DNA from: Chthoniobacteraceae bacterium
Lineage (GTDB): Bacteria; Verrucomicrobiota; Verrucomicrobiia; Chthoniobacterales; Chthoniobacteraceae
Reading direction: 5' to 3'
Assembly (NCBI GenBank): GCA_031409655.1
Contig: JANNXQ010000217.1
Coordinates: 1-10,019 of the forward strand
Length of the DNA: 10,019 nucleotides
In this document: one piece after another, positions 8,220 to 10,019 of the stretch
Position numbering within the stretch: position 1 is the stretch's first letter
How the letters are laid out: each line of letters begins with the position of its first letter
Notes under the pieces: generated by a model
Seen by the model: only the letters and a program-made list of their open reading frames with translations
Told to the model about the DNA's origin: nothing
Databases searched by the model: none
Made by a program: the position numbers and the translations under genes

Positions 8220-9274
8220 CATCAATATCCGCCGAGGATTTTCTCGCCCGCCTGAGCCAACTCGGCACCGGGCGAAAACGAATTGGCGCTGACGATTACC
8301 GCCGCGTATTCGCGCAGATGTGCCCCACCCTGCCGGCGCCAGATGCACGCGCGAAACTAGCTGGCTGGCTTTCCTTGCTCGCTGAGACGGACGACATCCT
8401 GCTGCCCAAAGGCAAACGCCTCTACGATCGGTCTGACAGCGGTGATCTGCCGGCTTGGATCGAATTGGTGCGGCCCGACGAGCAACGCGAACCGCTCCCA
8501 GTTGAACCCGAAAGTTTCGCATGGGCGCCGGAACTGCGCTTCGCCTGCACCGTGCGTGATCCGCGGCAACTCCATATCTTGCTCCGCGTGCAGCGCTTTC
8601 TCGCGGAAAGTGGTCGCGAGCGGCCACTCGTGCCGGTGAAGGAGCGCTCCATCGAACTTTTCGGAAAGGAAAAGCGTCTCGAGATGCTCAAAGGCAGCAC
8701 ACTGTTGCAGCCAGGACGGATTTCCTTCGAGTTGTTGCGCTGCTTTCCCGTCCCCCCGCCACTGCTCTGGGAAGCGCCTCCCAGCGACGCCCAAAGCCGG
8801 CCGGTGCTGGCTTTGGAGAATCACAGCACCTACCACTCATTTGCCCGATGGAACCGCGAGGCGCGGTGTTACGCGGCCATCGTGTATGGCAATGGCGACG
8901 CCTTCAAATCTGGCGCCGCGGGCCTCGTCGAGGTCGTGCGCTCGTTGGCCTGGGACGGGCGTCTGTTTTACTTCGGCGACATCGACCCCGAGGGGCTTCT
9001 CATCCCGCTCGCCGCTTCCGCGACGCTTAGCACCGTCGAAATGCCGGCACTGTGCGCTCATCGCGGATGCTACCTCCGCCTGCTCAGTCGCGCGAGTTCT
9101 GTGCCCTTGCCTTCAGGGACAAAACTTGGCCTCCCGGCAGACAGCCGAAGCTGGCTGGGTGATGATCTTGCCGTCGAAGTCGAGGCATGGTTTCAACGCG
9201 GTATTCGTGTGGCGCAGGAACTGGTGGGTTGGGAAGAGTTGCAGCGCGATGCGGCGAACTTCGCCGTGGTTTGA
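8216..9274 (+). CDS. jetD: JetD/MksG-like Toprim-domain nuclease (Topo VI-A-like, DUF2220-like)
   Basis: 352 aa, ATGA overlap with the SMC gene. 'ERSIELFGKEKRL' segment, Toprim Glu 'LALENHSTY' (E at 8816-8818), 'IVYGNG', DxD motif 'YFGDIDPEG' (DID 8978-8986) and C-terminal 'RVAQE' resembling the JetD 'RLEQE' motif. Confidence 0.85.
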   Translation: MTSISAEDFLARLSQLGTGRKRIGADDYRRVFAQMCPTLPAPDARAKLAGWLSLLAETDDILLPKGKRLYDRSDSGDLPAWIELVRPDEQREPLPVEPESFAWAPELRFACTVRDPRQLHILLRVQRFLAESGRERPLVPVKERSIELFGKEKRLEMLKGSTLLQPGRISFELLRCFPVPPPLLWEAPPSDAQSRPVLALENHSTYHSFARWNREARCYAAIVYGNGDAFKSGAAGLVEVVRSLAWDGRLFYFGDIDPEGLLIPLAASATLSTVEMPALCAHRGCYLRLLSRASSVPLPSGTKLGLPADSRSWLGDDLAVEVEAWFQRGIRVAQELVGWEELQRDAANFAVV

Positions 9275-9418
9275 TGCGGGCATTCCTTTGTGCCGCAGCT
9301 TATCCTATAGCTCTGCCTCAATCCGCGCACTTGTGCGACGACCCTTGAAGGCTCACGGGCAACGGATCAAAGCACCAAACTTAACCACAGCTCTGACGGA
9401 CCGATAGCTCGCCGCGAG

Positions 9419-9440
9419 TGGTAGAATTCCCCATGGGAAT
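9419..9440 (+). promoter_or_regulatory. Putative extended -10 (TG-G-TAGAAT) overlapped by an inverted repeat ATTCCC-cat-GGGAAT
   Basis: TGGTAGAAT at 9419-9427, inverted arms at 9426-9431 and 9435-9440, about 65 nt upstream of the primase-like ATG. Confidence 0.4.
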
Positions 9441-9492
9441 CAGCCGCGCATTTCGCACGGCCACCATAGAACCTTCACAGGAGGAAAACGCC

Positions 9493-10019
9493 ATGTCCCG
9501 ATTTGTGGACTTCAAGGCGGTGAAGGCTGCCGTCACCATGCTCCAGGTGCTCGAACATTACGGCCTTGCCGAATCGTTCAAGCGCTCGGGGAACAGCCTC
9601 AGCGGGCCTTGCCCGCTTCATGGGGGAGAGAACCGGACGCAGTTTCGCGTCTCGCTGGAAAAGAACTGCTGGAATTGTTTCGGCACCTGCAAGGGTGGCG
9701 GAAACATTCTGGACTTCGTCGCGCGCAAGGAGGGGTGTTCCCTCCGCGAAGCTGCGCTCGCGTTGTGCGACTGGTTTGAGTTGCCTACGCAGGAGAAGCC
9801 GGCGCGGCCCGCGAGGGACGCCGGAGAACCGCCCACGCCGGAGGCCCCGCCGAAGGCGGAGCCCCGACCGAAGGCAGCGAAGACGAAAGCGCCAACCGTC
9901 GAAGAGGACGGGCCGAACAAGCCGCTCGGCTTCGCGTTGCAGAATCTCGACACCGCACATCCGTATCTGATGGAACGCGGGTTGAGCGCGGAGACGATCG
10001 CGGAGTTTGGCCTCGGCTA
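9493..10019 (+). CDS. CHC2 zinc-finger DNA primase-like protein (5' part, runs off window)
   Basis: AGGAGG SD (9478-9484 region) then ATG 9493: MSRFVDFKAVKAAVTMLQVLEHYGL...GPCPLHGGENRTQFRVSLEKNCWNCFGTCKGGGNILDFVARKEGCSLREAA... This is the DnaG-type zinc-binding domain (CPxH...CFGxC, G.GN..DFV...EG.S..EA). A Pro/Ala/Lys/Glu-rich linker and 'YLMERGLSAETIAEFGLG' follow. No stop before the window end, so it is missing from the ORF track. Confidence 0.88.
   Translation, partial: MSRFVDFKAVKAAVTMLQVLEHYGLAESFKRSGNSLSGPCPLHGGENRTQFRVSLEKNCWNCFGTCKGGGNILDFVARKEGCSLREAALALCDWFELPTQEKPARPARDAGEPPTPEAPPKAEPRPKAAKTKAPTVEEDGPNKPLGFALQNLDTAHPYLMERGLSAETIAEFGLG

Noticed and set aside
9275..9305. Rho-independent terminator after jetD
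   Set aside because: The stem is imperfect and is not followed by a U-run.
243..9960. Numerous minus-strand and nested ORFs (e.g. 1767..2543, 6225..6911, 7896..8627, 9475..9960, 9566..9970, 8841..9407)
   Set aside because: They overlap well-supported + strand genes, are expected by chance in GC-rich DNA, and show no recognisable domains.

Overview
GC-rich bacterial window, all convincing genes on the + strand, that looks like the interior of an integrative/mobilisable element. In order: (1) the last 11 codons of a probable tyrosine recombinase plus a repeat-rich end (1-167) resembling the terminus of a RIT (recombinase-in-trio) element; (2) the 3' half of a VirD4/TraG-like coupling-protein gene that resumes at its Walker B motif right after that end (168-656, interrupted); (3) a Replic_Relax-family relaxase-like gene (702-1613); (4) a translationally coupled four-gene operon (1728-9274) encoding 480-aa and 244-aa proteins, a 1441-aa SMC-like ATPase with non-canonical motifs and a JetD-like Toprim nuclease, i.e. 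a Wadjet (JetABCD/MksBEFG)-like anti-plasmid system, possibly a divergent subtype; (5) a CHC2 zinc-finger primase-like gene running off the right edge (9493->10019, absent from the ORF track). All family calls come from motifs recognised by eye; no searches were run.
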